Shown here: piece by piece, positions 45,490 to 55,627 of the stretch
Numbering within the stretch: the stretch's first letter is position 1
How the letters are laid out: each line of letters starts with the position of its first letter
NCBI GenBank assembly: GCA_044868145.1
Contig: JBIOWE010000006.1
Span: 151,707 to 215,706, forward strand
Source: Patescibacteria group bacterium
GTDB lineage: Bacteria > Patescibacteriota > Patescibacteriia > UBA10025 > JBIOWE01
Reading direction: 5' to 3'
Length of the DNA: 64,000 bases
Notes under the pieces: generated by a model
What the model saw: the letters and a program-made list of their open reading frames with translations, nothing else
Database searches by the model: none
Told to the model about the DNA's origin: nothing
Program-made: the position numbers and the translations under genes

Positions 45490-46737
45490 CTAGATTGCGT
45501 AGAATGCCTGAAGTTTTTTTATGACCGGTTCAAGCGTTTCGACTTTTGATTTCTGCTCGTTCCGGAAACGCATCTCTATATTTTCTCCGGTTTTTTCGCT
45601 TGTAATAAGGCGCACGGGCATGCCAAGAAGATCCGCGTCCTTAAGCTTTGCGCCGGCAGCGATCGGGCGATCGTCATAGAGTACAGTATATTCTTTACGA
45701 AGCGCGTCATAGATTTTGAGAGTCTTTTGCTTGCCCGATTCCTGGGGATGCAAATCGATCAAGTGTACCTGGAATGGCGTGACAGTCTTTGGCCAGAGAA
45801 TCCCCTGCTCGTCGTGATGGGTCTCCACGATCGTTCCCATGAGTCTGCCTAGGCCGATTCCGTAGGACGCCATGACGATGGGTTTCATTTCGCCGGACGC
45901 ATCAACATAGTTCGCGTCGAGCGCATCAGCGTATTTTGTGCCTAGTTTGAAAATATTGCCCACCTCGATACTGCTCGCTTCTTTCAGAGTTTGTCCGCAT
46001 TGAGGGCACGATGCTCCCGCTTTGTGTTCGGCAATTTCTTTGTTTTGGGCATAATCCTTAGTCGGACAGAAGACGATCGTATCTTCGCCGTTTGGGGCCA
46101 GTACTTGAAACTCGTGGGAACGCTCTTTCGAAAAAGAGCCTCCGGACGCTTCCGTAAGAATTGTTTCAAGGTCGCAGAGAGCAAAGATGGCGTGATAGGC
46201 TTTGATGACTCGCTGATAATACGTATCGAGATCCTGTTCGTTTGCGTGAAAGCTATACAGGTCTTTCATGGGAAATTCCCTGCCCCGCAGAAGTCCGGAC
46301 TTTGCTCGGGCTTCATCCCGGAATTTCGTTTGGATTTGGAACAGCGCAAGCGGCAGGTCTTTATACGATTGAATGTGCCTACGGATAATGTCAGTCAGCA
46401 CTTCTTCATGCGTTGCCGCCAGGCCGACTGGCCGTTTTGAGCGATCTGTGAACTGGTACATAATGCCAGCGAGTGACTGCCATCGACCGGTTTTATCCCA
46501 AAGCTCTTTTGGTTGCAGGGACGGCATAAAGAGCTGTTGTCCACCGATCGACGTCATTTCTTTGACCACAATTCTCTCGATGTTTTTGAGCACCGCGTAG
46601 CCGAGCGGCAAATACGAATATACGCCGGCCATCAATTTTTCGACGAAGCCGCCGCGCGTCAGGAGCACGGCGTTAGGGCTCTCTTCGTCTTTTGGTGTCG
46701 TTTTTTGGGTTCGCGGGAACAGTTGTGATTGCAACAT
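45490..46737 (-). CDS. proS: Proline--tRNA ligase, short form without the INS editing domain
   Basis: ATHEE, QTKFRDEAR..GLLRGREF.MKD.YSF, IEVGNIFKLG, YGIGLGR. Confidence 0.97.
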   Translation of the reverse strand: MLQSQLFPRTQKTTPKDEESPNAVLLTRGGFVEKLMAGVYSYLPLGYAVLKNIERIVVKEMTSIGGQQLFMPSLQPKELWDKTGRWQSLAGIMYQFTDRSKRPVGLAATHEEVLTDIIRRHIQSYKDLPLALFQIQTKFRDEARAKSGLLRGREFPMKDLYSFHANEQDLDTYYQRVIKAYHAIFALCDLETILTEASGGSFSKERSHEFQVLAPNGEDTIVFCPTKDYAQNKEIAEHKAGASCPQCGQTLKEASSIEVGNIFKLGTKYADALDANYVDASGEMKPIVMASYGIGLGRLMGTIVETHHDEQGILWPKTVTPFQVHLIDLHPQESGKQKTLKIYDALRKEYTVLYDDRPIAAGAKLKDADLLGMPVRLITSEKTGENIEMRFRNEQKSKVETLEPVIKKLQAFYAI

Positions 46738-46743
46738 AGCTGT

Positions 46744-47853
46744 TTAGAAGATCGTATGAAAAAAGTTTTTAATTTGTTCGCTAAAACGAGAAACATCGCG
46801 GAACGTCACAAGAATCACGAGGCCGATAAGTACAAAAAATCCGACGTTATGAACCGTTGCTTCGATTTTTCGGTTAATTGCTTTTCCGCGAATTTTTTCA
46901 ATGATAAGAAAAAGTACGCGGCCGCCGTCCAGCGCTGGGATTGGTAAAAAGTTAATAACGGCAAGATTCAATGATAAAAGGGCGGTAAACTGCAGAATGT
47001 AAATGAATCCGAGTTTCGCGACTTGTCCAGTAAGTACCGCGATGCCGATGGGCCCGGCAATGTCCGCGCCAACCGGCACACCAATAATCAAGTTTCGCAG
47101 CACCGTGTAGAATGCCTCAATAATCCGCCAAAGCAACATGCCGGTGGTTTTGAGACCTTCCCAAATTGCGAGGTGCGGCGCATAGCTGATCAGTCCCGAT
47201 TCAACGAGTCCAATGCCGACCACAGCATGATCCGACCCCTCAAGTATTGTGGGCGTGACAGTGACTATGCGTTCCTCGCCGCCCCGCTTCACGAGTAGCG
47301 TCATGGGTTGAGCGTTTTTCTCTTTGGTATAATTTTGGAAAACGGTAATCGTGGTAACGGGCTGGTCATCTACTCTCAGAATCGTGTCGCCAACCGCAAG
47401 GCCTGCTTGCGCTGCGGGCGACTGATCCTGCACTTCCACTATTTGGATTTTTAGATCACGCACGTTTGCTCCGGCAACGCCGTCCTGGTCAACCACCGAC
47501 GGCAAACCAATCATAAACCCAATAGAAATCAGCACAAATGCGAGGACAATATTCATACCCACGCCAGCAGAAAGAATAAGAAAGCGCTGCCACACCTTTT
47601 TTGAGGTAAAGCTGTCCTGGTCCGTTGGGTGGTCCCCTTGCTCGCCTTTAATTTTGACGAACCCGCCAAGCGGTATCCAGTTTATTGAGTAGGTTGTGTC
47701 GCCTCGCCGAACGCCGAACATGCGAGGTGGAAAACCAAAGCCAAATTCTTCTACCTTCACACCCATGCGCCGCGCCATAAGAAAATGGCCCAGCTCATGG
47801 ACAAAGATGAGGAGGCCGAGTACGACAACAAAGATGATGACGGTTAACCCCAT
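46744..47853 (-). CDS. rseP: RIP metalloprotease RseP
   Basis: HELGH, IPLGGFVKI, PDZ domain, NFLPIPALDGGR. Confidence 0.96.
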   Translation of the reverse strand: MGLTVIIFVVVLGLLIFVHELGHFLMARRMGVKVEEFGFGFPPRMFGVRRGDTTYSINWIPLGGFVKIKGEQGDHPTDQDSFTSKKVWQRFLILSAGVGMNIVLAFVLISIGFMIGLPSVVDQDGVAGANVRDLKIQIVEVQDQSPAAQAGLAVGDTILRVDDQPVTTITVFQNYTKEKNAQPMTLLVKRGGEERIVTVTPTILEGSDHAVVGIGLVESGLISYAPHLAIWEGLKTTGMLLWRIIEAFYTVLRNLIIGVPVGADIAGPIGIAVLTGQVAKLGFIYILQFTALLSLNLAVINFLPIPALDGGRVLFLIIEKIRGKAINRKIEATVHNVGFFVLIGLVILVTFRDVSRFSEQIKNFFHTIF

Positions 47854-47858
47854 GGTCT

Positions 47859-48410
47859 TTAGAACGCTATGATGTCTTTCTCTTTTTTCTCGACAATTTC
47901 ACGGATCTTTTCGTTATATTCGTCAACAATTCTTTGCATATCTTTCTGCGATCGGAACTGCTCATCCTCTGAAATCTTTCCTGTTTGCTCGTCGAGTTTG
48001 AGTTGTTTCCAAGCTTCCTCTCTGGCCGTGCGGATACTGACTCGGGCACTCTCCCCTTTTTCGTGCAGAACTTTTATTAGCTCCTTGCGACGTTCTTCCG
48101 TGAGCGGCGGAATGACAAGCCGCAGTAGATTTCCTTCGTTAATGGGGTGCAAACCGAGGCTCGATGCCGCGATTGATTTCTCGATTTCTTTACTTGCCTG
48201 TTTATCCCACGGCTGAATGACGATTGTTTTAGCGTCTTGCACTACAATACTCGCAAGTTGCCCCAGCGGAGTTTTGACACCGTAATAATCTATCAAAATG
48301 TTTTCTACAAGGCTGGCATGCGCGACACCTGTGCGGAGTCCGCCAAGTTCGTTTTTGAGGTGCTGTATTGTTTCGTCAAATTTCTTTTGTAGTTGTGGGA
48401 ATCGTTCCAT
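47859..48410 (-). CDS. frr: Ribosome recycling factor
   Basis: LRTG.A, IQPWD, PPLTEERRKEL; start moved to MERFPQ. Confidence 0.96.
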   Translation of the reverse strand: MERFPQLQKKFDETIQHLKNELGGLRTGVAHASLVENILIDYYGVKTPLGQLASIVVQDAKTIVIQPWDKQASKEIEKSIAASSLGLHPINEGNLLRLVIPPLTEERRKELIKVLHEKGESARVSIRTAREEAWKQLKLDEQTGKISEDEQFRSQKDMQRIVDEYNEKIREIVEKKEKDIIAF

Positions 48411-48415
48411 AGTGA

Positions 48416-49468
48416 TTATTTTTTCACGAACTGCGTGCCCGCATAGAGAATGGACGGATCGTCCGGATTCATGAGCAGAAAATTTATTTTTCGGTTCGTT
48501 TGCATGCTCCTGAGGGTTTTCCACGTTGTCCCACCATCGACAGATTTATAGAGTACATTATTAATCGTGAAAAAGATTTGTTTTGGGTTCTGTGGGTTTA
48601 CGATTGCCGCTTGGATGGGTAGAGTATGAAATGGCACGATCGTTTGAATCGGCTGCCAACTTTGCCCGCCGTCCGTGGTCCCGACAATACCGTAGTCTGT
48701 AGCCAGATAGATGTGTTCCGTTGCCGGGTGAAAATCGATGAAGTGTATCGACAGTGCTCCAGCGAATTGTCCAAGAGCCGCGGTGGTTGTTGCCCATGTT
48801 TCTCCTCCATTGGTTGATTTGTCAATACCTTTCTGCTGCGTGAGTAAATAGATTGTGCGGTTATTTTTTTCGGAAATGAGCAGTTTTTGCGCGCCGGATC
48901 CTTTCCACGGGAGCGCCTTCCACGTATTCCCGAAATCATGGCTCATAATAACGCTGGACGGCGTGGACGCGTACACGATGCTCGAGTCAAAAGTATCAAT
49001 GGCGAGCGAGGTTATTGGTTCATTTGGCCTTGCTTCGACGTACACAACATGCCAGGTCTGCATATTGTCTGAAGTTTTGAGAATCGTATTTCCCTTAGCC
49101 GCATACGCGAGTATCTTATTTTTTTGGTCAATTTCCAGGCTTGTATACGACCCGCTGTTGAGAGTGGTTTTTTCCCATACTTCAGTCTCATTTTCGGTTT
49201 TGTATACCCCATTTTGTTTGGAAACGAAATACAGCGTTGTCGGCGTTGACGGATCAAACAGTATCAGTGCCGTATCTTCGCGCGCGATCGTCACGGTCGT
49301 GTTCTTATTTTGGCCGATGAATACCCGTTGTTCCCATGTTTCACCACTGTCGGCGGAACGGAACACGCCACCATCCGGTGTGCCGCTCGTCGTGGTATTG
49401 ATGATGCATCCGGAGAGAATGAAGGCCATCGCTGGCATGGCGAGAAAAAAGAGAATAGGACGTTTCAT
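48416..49468 (-). CDS. Lipoprotein with BNR/Asp-box beta-propeller repeats
   Basis: Lipobox LSGC; repeated S.D.G.TW motifs. Confidence 0.88.
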   Translation of the reverse strand: MKRPILFFLAMPAMAFILSGCIINTTTSGTPDGGVFRSADSGETWEQRVFIGQNKNTTVTIAREDTALILFDPSTPTTLYFVSKQNGVYKTENETEVWEKTTLNSGSYTSLEIDQKNKILAYAAKGNTILKTSDNMQTWHVVYVEARPNEPITSLAIDTFDSSIVYASTPSSVIMSHDFGNTWKALPWKGSGAQKLLISEKNNRTIYLLTQQKGIDKSTNGGETWATTTAALGQFAGALSIHFIDFHPATEHIYLATDYGIVGTTDGGQSWQPIQTIVPFHTLPIQAAIVNPQNPKQIFFTINNVLYKSVDGGTTWKTLRSMQTNRKINFLLMNPDDPSILYAGTQFVKK

Positions 49469-50496
49469 ACTGCGAGAAGAAAATTTTCAAAAGCTAAGCG
49501 TGGGTTGATGAATTGTTCAAGCAATCGTTTTGTTCTTTCTGTATGTTCGATCAGCTCTCGGAGTTTTGTGACAGGGAATCGTTTTGCAGCATCTTCGAGG
49601 GGTTTTCTGAGAAACTGCGATACAACAAAGTGGCCGTTGCCTGATTTGATCAATATGAGATCTCGACAAATGGTACGAAAATGATCAAGGTACAATGCGT
49701 ATTGTTCTTTTTCGCTCATTTCCGTTTCGGAATCGTCGAACGGCGAGAAGCGATCGATCAGCGTTTTCTCGTTTATAGCGTTGAGTACTGTGCGTGCATC
49801 TCGCTCGTAGAGGTCTATTGCTGCTGGTGTTTCCATATATGTTTTTGCCAGCCCCGGCCGGCCTGCGGCGAGTCTCACTGCAGCTTTTCGGCGGCCTTCG
49901 TCCCCCTTATGGGTCGCGGCAAGCCACGTATCGATCTCACGCTCGGGTACTAAGTGAAATTGAAGAATTTGACATCGAGAAAGCACGGTCAAGGGGAAAC
50001 GCTCTATGGAGTCCGTGATGAATAAAAGCACCGATTGAGGCGGTGGATCCTCCAGCGTTTTTAAGAAAGCGTTGTGAGCTTCTTGCGTCATACGTTCTGC
50101 GCCATTGACGATGACAATTTTGTCTCTACGCAAGAACGAGCGCATCCCGAGGCTGTGTTGGACGCTCCGCGCCTGGTCGATGCCGACTTGTTTGTTGTCT
50201 TCGGGTTCAATGAGCTGTACGTCAGGATGGATGTTTCGTTCAAATTCTTTGCAGGCATTGCACGTGTCGCATGGAACGTGGCCACCGGTATTGGTTCTTT
50301 CGCAGAGCAATGTTTTTGCAAATAATCGAGCTATCGTCCGCTTCCCGGTTGATGGCGGGCCGACAAATATGGAGGTCCTAAGGATGCGATGACTGGCGAT
50401 TGTTTTTTGCAGGTATTTCACGATTGTGGCATGGCCGCACACCTGCCAACGAAACATCGTCCTCGCGTTTGCTTTGGCGGGAACCTTACTTTTCAT
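49465..50496 (-). CDS. holB: DNA polymerase III subunit delta'
   Basis: GPPSTGK, PCDTCNAC, HPDV, AFLKTLEDPP, TVLSRCQ. Confidence 0.93.
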   Translation of the reverse strand: MKSKVPAKANARTMFRWQVCGHATIVKYLQKTIASHRILRTSIFVGPPSTGKRTIARLFAKTLLCERTNTGGHVPCDTCNACKEFERNIHPDVQLIEPEDNKQVGIDQARSVQHSLGMRSFLRRDKIVIVNGAERMTQEAHNAFLKTLEDPPPQSVLLFITDSIERFPLTVLSRCQILQFHLVPEREIDTWLAATHKGDEGRRKAAVRLAAGRPGLAKTYMETPAAIDLYERDARTVLNAINEKTLIDRFSPFDDSETEMSEKEQYALYLDHFRTICRDLILIKSGNGHFVVSQFLRKPLEDAAKRFPVTKLRELIEHTERTKRLLEQFINPRLAFENFLLAV

Positions 50497-50554
50497 AGCT
50501 TCATTATTCTAACAGGAATGCCCCTTTTTGGCAAGTGCATTCCACGACGAATTT

Positions 50555-51751
50555 TTACGCAAAAAGCTGGAGTGTTTGTTCGGCACACTTCCGCCAGCTG
50601 AACAACTGAATTCTTTGGAAGCCTTTTTCACGATATGCCGCGCGGAGCGCACTGTCTTCTGCCAATGTTTGCATTGCGTGGGCGATTGCGTCTGGCCGCT
50701 TGGGGTCTACGAGGATTGCGGCGTTCCCTGCCACCTCTGGCATGGATGCGACGTTTGACGTAATCACTGGCGTGCCGCAGGCCATGGCTTCGATAATAGG
50801 TATGCCAAACCCTTCATAGAGCGATGGCAGCAGAAAGCATGTCGCCGCGTTGAGAAGGTATGGGAGTTCTTCTTGCGCTACCCAACCGATCTCGTGTACG
50901 TCATGCGCAATGTCGTTTCGTCTCATTGTTTCCTCTACCTCCGAATAGTTGTACCCGGGATTGCCGACAAGAACGAGCTGGTGTTTGTCATGATCCTTGG
51001 CGATCCGTTTGAACGTTGCAAATGCCTCGATTATACCTTTTGTATTTTTCTTTTCCTCAAGTCTGCCAATCGTAAGAAAAAAGGGCCTATTTAAGCCATA
51101 TTTTTGCAGTACTGAAGTTATTTTTGCCGTATCGTCTATGACATGGTATACGTTTTTGTCGTATCCATTATGGATAACCGTCAAATCCGCATGAATGTCG
51201 GAATATGTTTTTTCAATCTCGTGTTTCGTAAATTCCGAAACTGCAATAACGGTCTGAGCATGTTTCAATGCAAAGCGAGCGGAGAATCGATGATAATCAA
51301 GTTCACTCGCACCATATTTACCCAACGAAGAAATTCGAATCAAAGCATCCAGAATGTATTTGAGAAAACCACGCGTTCCAATTTTTTTCTTTGAGTATAG
51401 TATGGGAAATTTTTCGAATCCGATATCGTGGAGCGTTGTTATTGTTCGTCGGGGACGGATGAATGGTATTGTATGAGCAGGCACGAATAAAACGTCCGGA
51501 GGGTGGATGAGCATTTCCCAGGACAGACGAAGCTGGGTCCAAAGCAACTTTGGCGGCCAGCGTAGTACCCTTGAGCGGAAGCCTTTCGGCAGTTGGGCGA
51601 GGTCGGAACGCAGTGGCGTTTTTGAATATAAAACAAACTCCACGTCGTTTGGAGCCATTGTTTTCAACTCATTGATCATGTGGAACGCATACCACTCGGT
51701 TCCGCTTCTCTCCCGTTCGTTGGCGCGTGATGCATCAATGCCAACAATCAT
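50555..51751 (-). CDS. GT4 family glycosyltransferase
   Basis: TLHDI, IGRLEEKKN, PSLYEGFGIPIIEAMACG. Confidence 0.95.
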   Translation of the reverse strand: MIVGIDASRANERERSGTEWYAFHMINELKTMAPNDVEFVLYSKTPLRSDLAQLPKGFRSRVLRWPPKLLWTQLRLSWEMLIHPPDVLFVPAHTIPFIRPRRTITTLHDIGFEKFPILYSKKKIGTRGFLKYILDALIRISSLGKYGASELDYHRFSARFALKHAQTVIAVSEFTKHEIEKTYSDIHADLTVIHNGYDKNVYHVIDDTAKITSVLQKYGLNRPFFLTIGRLEEKKNTKGIIEAFATFKRIAKDHDKHQLVLVGNPGYNYSEVEETMRRNDIAHDVHEIGWVAQEELPYLLNAATCFLLPSLYEGFGIPIIEAMACGTPVITSNVASMPEVAGNAAILVDPKRPDAIAHAMQTLAEDSALRAAYREKGFQRIQLFSWRKCAEQTLQLFA

Positions 51752-52759
51752 TTATTTTGCCGCTAAGATACTTTTTTTGTATGATTCAAGGTTATCGAGC
51801 GCCACGCCAGTCCCCTTGACGACACACAGCTGCGATTCATCCGCGACATAGGCAGGCACCCCCGTTGATTGGGTAAGGAGTAAGTCCATGTTGCGCAGTT
51901 GGGCAGTTCCACCGGAGAGCACCATCCCTTTGTCCATGACGTCGGCGGAAAGTTCCGGCGGCGTTTCTTGCAACACAGATTTTACCGCTTGAATAATTTG
52001 CGCGAGTTCGTCTTGAATCGCTTCCGTCACGTCGTCGCTTTCAACAGTGACGACCTTCGGCAATCCCTGAATGGAATCACGTCCTCGCACTTCCATCGTG
52101 AGCTTTTCTTCCATAGGCAGCGCAGAGCCGATTTGAATTTTGATCTCCTCTGCCGTTTGATCACCAATCACCAGCGTGTGTTTTTTTCGGACGTACTCTT
52201 GTATGGCAGCGTCCAGCTTATTGCCGCCGACGCGTACTGACGTGTTTGCGACAATGCCGCCAAGGGAAATAACGGCGACTTCCGTAGTTCCACCGCCGAT
52301 GTCCACGATCATATGGCCGGAAGCCGAACCAATGGGAATATTAGCGCCGATGGCGGCTGCGATAGGTTCTTTGATAATGTATGCGGCTTTGGCGCCAGCT
52401 TGCAGCGTTGCGTCAATCACTGCACGACGCTCGGTGGATGTGATGCCCGCCGGCACAGCAATCATTACTTCCGGTCGGAACAAGCGGACACCCCCGACTG
52501 CTTTGTTGATAAAATATCTGATCATGGCTTCCGTTGTTTTGTAGTCCGCAATCACGCCGTCTTTCAACGGGCGCGACGCGACAATGGTGTCGGGTGTTCG
52601 GCCTAACATCTCTTTTGCTTCATTGCCAACGGCCATGACCTTTTTATCGATCAGGGAAATTGCCACAACGGAAGGTTCATTGAGCACAATGCCCCTTCCG
52701 GGAATGTAGACAAGCGAGTAGGTTGTGCCGAGGTCAATGCCGATTTTTTTAGAAAACAT
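51752..52759 (-). CDS. mreB: Second MreB/Mbl-family actin homologue
   Basis: GIDLGTT, NEPSVVA, RPLKDGVIAD, DIGGGTTE, QETPPELSAD. Confidence 0.95.
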   Translation of the reverse strand: MFSKKIGIDLGTTYSLVYIPGRGIVLNEPSVVAISLIDKKVMAVGNEAKEMLGRTPDTIVASRPLKDGVIADYKTTEAMIRYFINKAVGGVRLFRPEVMIAVPAGITSTERRAVIDATLQAGAKAAYIIKEPIAAAIGANIPIGSASGHMIVDIGGGTTEVAVISLGGIVANTSVRVGGNKLDAAIQEYVRKKHTLVIGDQTAEEIKIQIGSALPMEEKLTMEVRGRDSIQGLPKVVTVESDDVTEAIQDELAQIIQAVKSVLQETPPELSADVMDKGMVLSGGTAQLRNMDLLLTQSTGVPAYVADESQLCVVKGTGVALDNLESYKKSILAAK

Positions 52760-52762
52760 GGG

Positions 52763-54706
52763 TTAAAATTCAATAGTGAACTGTCGGTCGGTTTGCAAAT
52801 CAGTTTGGAAAACCACCTTATTTTGTCCCTTTTCCACCACTTTGTCAAATGGGGTGATCCACGACCAGGGCGTGTCGAATTCCAGCGTAATGTTCAGGCC
52901 GTGTCCAGGTGTGCCTGCCTGCTTTTGCACGAATAGTTTATATGGTTGTTCTGATGCCACGATTGATTCCGGAAGCGAGTAGCGCAGCACGAGATCTCGC
53001 TGCTCGTCGGGTTCTATGCAGACAAACGTTCCGAAGACGGTCCTGCCCTCCTCTTCCGATGTCTCCACCATACCTTCGTCACTTTTTTTGCAATCAACCA
53101 TGGCGCCTTCATGACTGATTAGCTTCGCGCCTTGAGGCACATACACCCGTGTATATGTCCTATATCGAGTTGTTTTCCAGGTAATCGTACCAGTATGATG
53201 GTAGGTGATCCGTACTTCCGCTTCACCCTTCCCTTGCCTCGTTATGAGTGTATAGCGAATGGATCGTTCTACCGCAGGGTCACTTTTCAAACTTGCGAGA
53301 TTTGCGTCAATGACCATAAGGTAATCCCCTGCTGTTTGTTTGATTTCTCCACCCCAGCCCGCCTGGACAACAAGATCTTCGAGGTCCGCATCGTTTGTGT
53401 AGAGTAAGATGTGCCGTTCGGATAAGTCGTTTTCAATGGCGCCGAAGAAGGCCGGCCAGTCTTTCTTGGGAAGATTGAGAATCCTTTCGATCAAGATCCC
53501 CGCAAGGTCACCAATAATTTCTTTCCGTTCCTTTTGCTCGATCCCCTGCCGTAAGAAACCCTGCTCTACTTGGTACTGTAACGTGTCAACAAAGTTATCC
53601 TTGGTAAAGAGAATGCCGTTGACCCGGATATCGCCGGTGATGGCTATGAGCGATTGAATGAGTGAAGGTGTTATGGCAATAACCCCGTCGATTTTTTTCT
53701 CCGGCCCGCGTTCAAGGCGGTAAAACTCAAGCGCCTTTTTTGCAGAGGTAGGGAAATCGGGCGACCAGTTTGCGTCGCGCAGAAACCATCTGTGTACATT
53801 GTTGTAACGCGTGAGCTGCGATGGGGGGTCGACAAATAAATAGTCTTCCGCTTGGCTATCGAGGTTATAGACATTATCCGTATTGAACGAAACAATCTCA
53901 CCATCTTTGAGTTTCACGATTCCGTATGTGCCAATGAATCCGCCGGTGGGCCTCATTTCCGTGTTGTTTTGGAGCAAAAATAAATAGGTTTTTTGATTCG
54001 GATAGCCAACCACGAGCGGGACGATTTGCGAGGCGGTTACGGCCTGATCAAAGGTTGTTTGCAAAGAAGGTATTTTTTCTTTGATTGGCCCAGTCGTCTC
54101 TTTGATTTTTCCCAACAGGCCTTTATCGGGAATGTCATTAATGTATTCGGCAGCTTTATCAACTCGCGCTTTTACTGCTAGTAAATCGGGTTTTGATTTG
54201 TAAATTTTTTCCAAAATAACGCGCTTGTCGCCTTGACTTAAACTTGAGAACGTAAACGTATCGTCGTGCTTAAACGGTTCAATAATGGATTCTGCGAGCG
54301 TGACCACGTCTTGCATGCCCTTGCCCGCCTCAACACCAGCCAGCAAGAGCTTTTCTACCGCGCTTATCTGGGTATTAACCAAAGGCACAAAGCGCAGGAT
54401 TGTCATTTTTCGCAATGCATCACGCGAGTGCTCAAAGGCGTTGGTCGCGTTCGTGAGCGAGGTCGATGCGCGCTCAAATTCCTGCTGCGTAATTTCGTCT
54501 TGCGCTTCGAGGAATGCGTCCCTGCCTTTCAGCGCTTGCCTGTAAGCTTCCAGGCCGTAAGGTTTGTAAATGAAAAAAATCGTTGTGCATGCCGCAAGCA
54601 GAATGACAAGAATGAGCACGACAACAATCCACACGGTGCGGCGTTTTTTGCGGGATTGTTGGGAATCGATTTCTGAAAGCAGGTTTCGTTTTTTTTGTTT
54701 AGGCAT
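52763..54706 (-). CDS. DUF4012-domain membrane-anchored protein
   Basis: YLFLLQNNTEMRPTGGFIGTYG, LRDANWSPDFP.SA, VIDAN...KSD; start MPKQKK. Confidence 0.9.
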   Translation of the reverse strand: MPKQKKRNLLSEIDSQQSRKKRRTVWIVVVLILVILLAACTTIFFIYKPYGLEAYRQALKGRDAFLEAQDEITQQEFERASTSLTNATNAFEHSRDALRKMTILRFVPLVNTQISAVEKLLLAGVEAGKGMQDVVTLAESIIEPFKHDDTFTFSSLSQGDKRVILEKIYKSKPDLLAVKARVDKAAEYINDIPDKGLLGKIKETTGPIKEKIPSLQTTFDQAVTASQIVPLVVGYPNQKTYLFLLQNNTEMRPTGGFIGTYGIVKLKDGEIVSFNTDNVYNLDSQAEDYLFVDPPSQLTRYNNVHRWFLRDANWSPDFPTSAKKALEFYRLERGPEKKIDGVIAITPSLIQSLIAITGDIRVNGILFTKDNFVDTLQYQVEQGFLRQGIEQKERKEIIGDLAGILIERILNLPKKDWPAFFGAIENDLSERHILLYTNDADLEDLVVQAGWGGEIKQTAGDYLMVIDANLASLKSDPAVERSIRYTLITRQGKGEAEVRITYHHTGTITWKTTRYRTYTRVYVPQGAKLISHEGAMVDCKKSDEGMVETSEEEGRTVFGTFVCIEPDEQRDLVLRYSLPESIVASEQPYKLFVQKQAGTPGHGLNITLEFDTPWSWITPFDKVVEKGQNKVVFQTDLQTDRQFTIEF

Positions 54707-55514
54707 GCTCGGTTTTTTGCGGACTGCGTGCACCGAAGTATTTGGCAAAATATTTAAGCCACGATGCCGTATGAATTCTCGTCGGGTAGCTGAATAATCC
54801 TTTCAGCCCAGGATTCGCGGCAGACTCACGTTTATGATAATGAACCAATTCAATATGCGCAATGTAATAGACATCAAAGCCGGCTTCCCAGAATCTTCTG
54901 CACCAATCAACGTCTTCAAAGTACAGGAAGAATCGTTCATCCATTGGACCGACTTTTTCAAACGCGCTGCGCCGAACAATCATACAGGCGCCAACGAACC
55001 AATCAACTGGTCGGTCTATCGCGTGGTCAAAGTCGAGCATCAGGTATTGTTGGAGCCGTCGCTTCGCAAAGGGCAGCTTTCCGATGGGCGTCCGTCGCAA
55101 CAATGGGATGAAAAATGTGGGGAAACGGTAACAGGACAGCTGCACGCTACCGTCCGGATTCAGGAGTTTTGGCCCAGCAATCCCGACTGACTGATGCTGT
55201 TCCATAAACGTGTGGAGTCTCGCAATAGCATTGTCAAGAATGGCAATATCCGTGTTCAAGAGCAAGAAATAATTGCCTTGGGCTTTACGTATGCCAAGGT
55301 TCATCCCACCGGCGAATCCCCTGTTTGTTTCCGATTTAATGAACGTCACATCGGGGAATTCCTGTTGCATCATGGTTTCTGTGCCATCGTTTGAATGGTT
55401 GTCTACGACAATAATTTCGAATTTGAATGGTAGATGAAACAACCCAATGCCCTTTAAACATTGTTTCAGGAGCCCGCGGGTTTTGTAGTTAAGAATGATA
55501 ATGGAAAGATCCAT
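54699..55514 (-). CDS. GT2 family glycosyltransferase
   Basis: VDNHSNDG, NRGFAGG.N, LLNTD, FFLYFEDVDWC. Confidence 0.94.
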   Translation of the reverse strand: MDLSIIILNYKTRGLLKQCLKGIGLFHLPFKFEIIVVDNHSNDGTETMMQQEFPDVTFIKSETNRGFAGGMNLGIRKAQGNYFLLLNTDIAILDNAIARLHTFMEQHQSVGIAGPKLLNPDGSVQLSCYRFPTFFIPLLRRTPIGKLPFAKRRLQQYLMLDFDHAIDRPVDWFVGACMIVRRSAFEKVGPMDERFFLYFEDVDWCRRFWEAGFDVYYIAHIELVHYHKRESAANPGLKGLFSYPTRIHTASWLKYFAKYFGARSPQKTEHA

Positions 55515-55627
55515 GCTCTATGCATTGACAAATGACGAATGTCGAATGATCCGCCCGACTCGCTGCAGACGCAGCTGCGTCGAAGCGGGCGGGCTAATGC
55601 CTAAACAATAGTTGAGCGCTTCAATGA

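Noticed and set aside
44434-52759. Two mreB paralogues as a novelty
   Set aside because: Multiple MreB/Mbl paralogues are common
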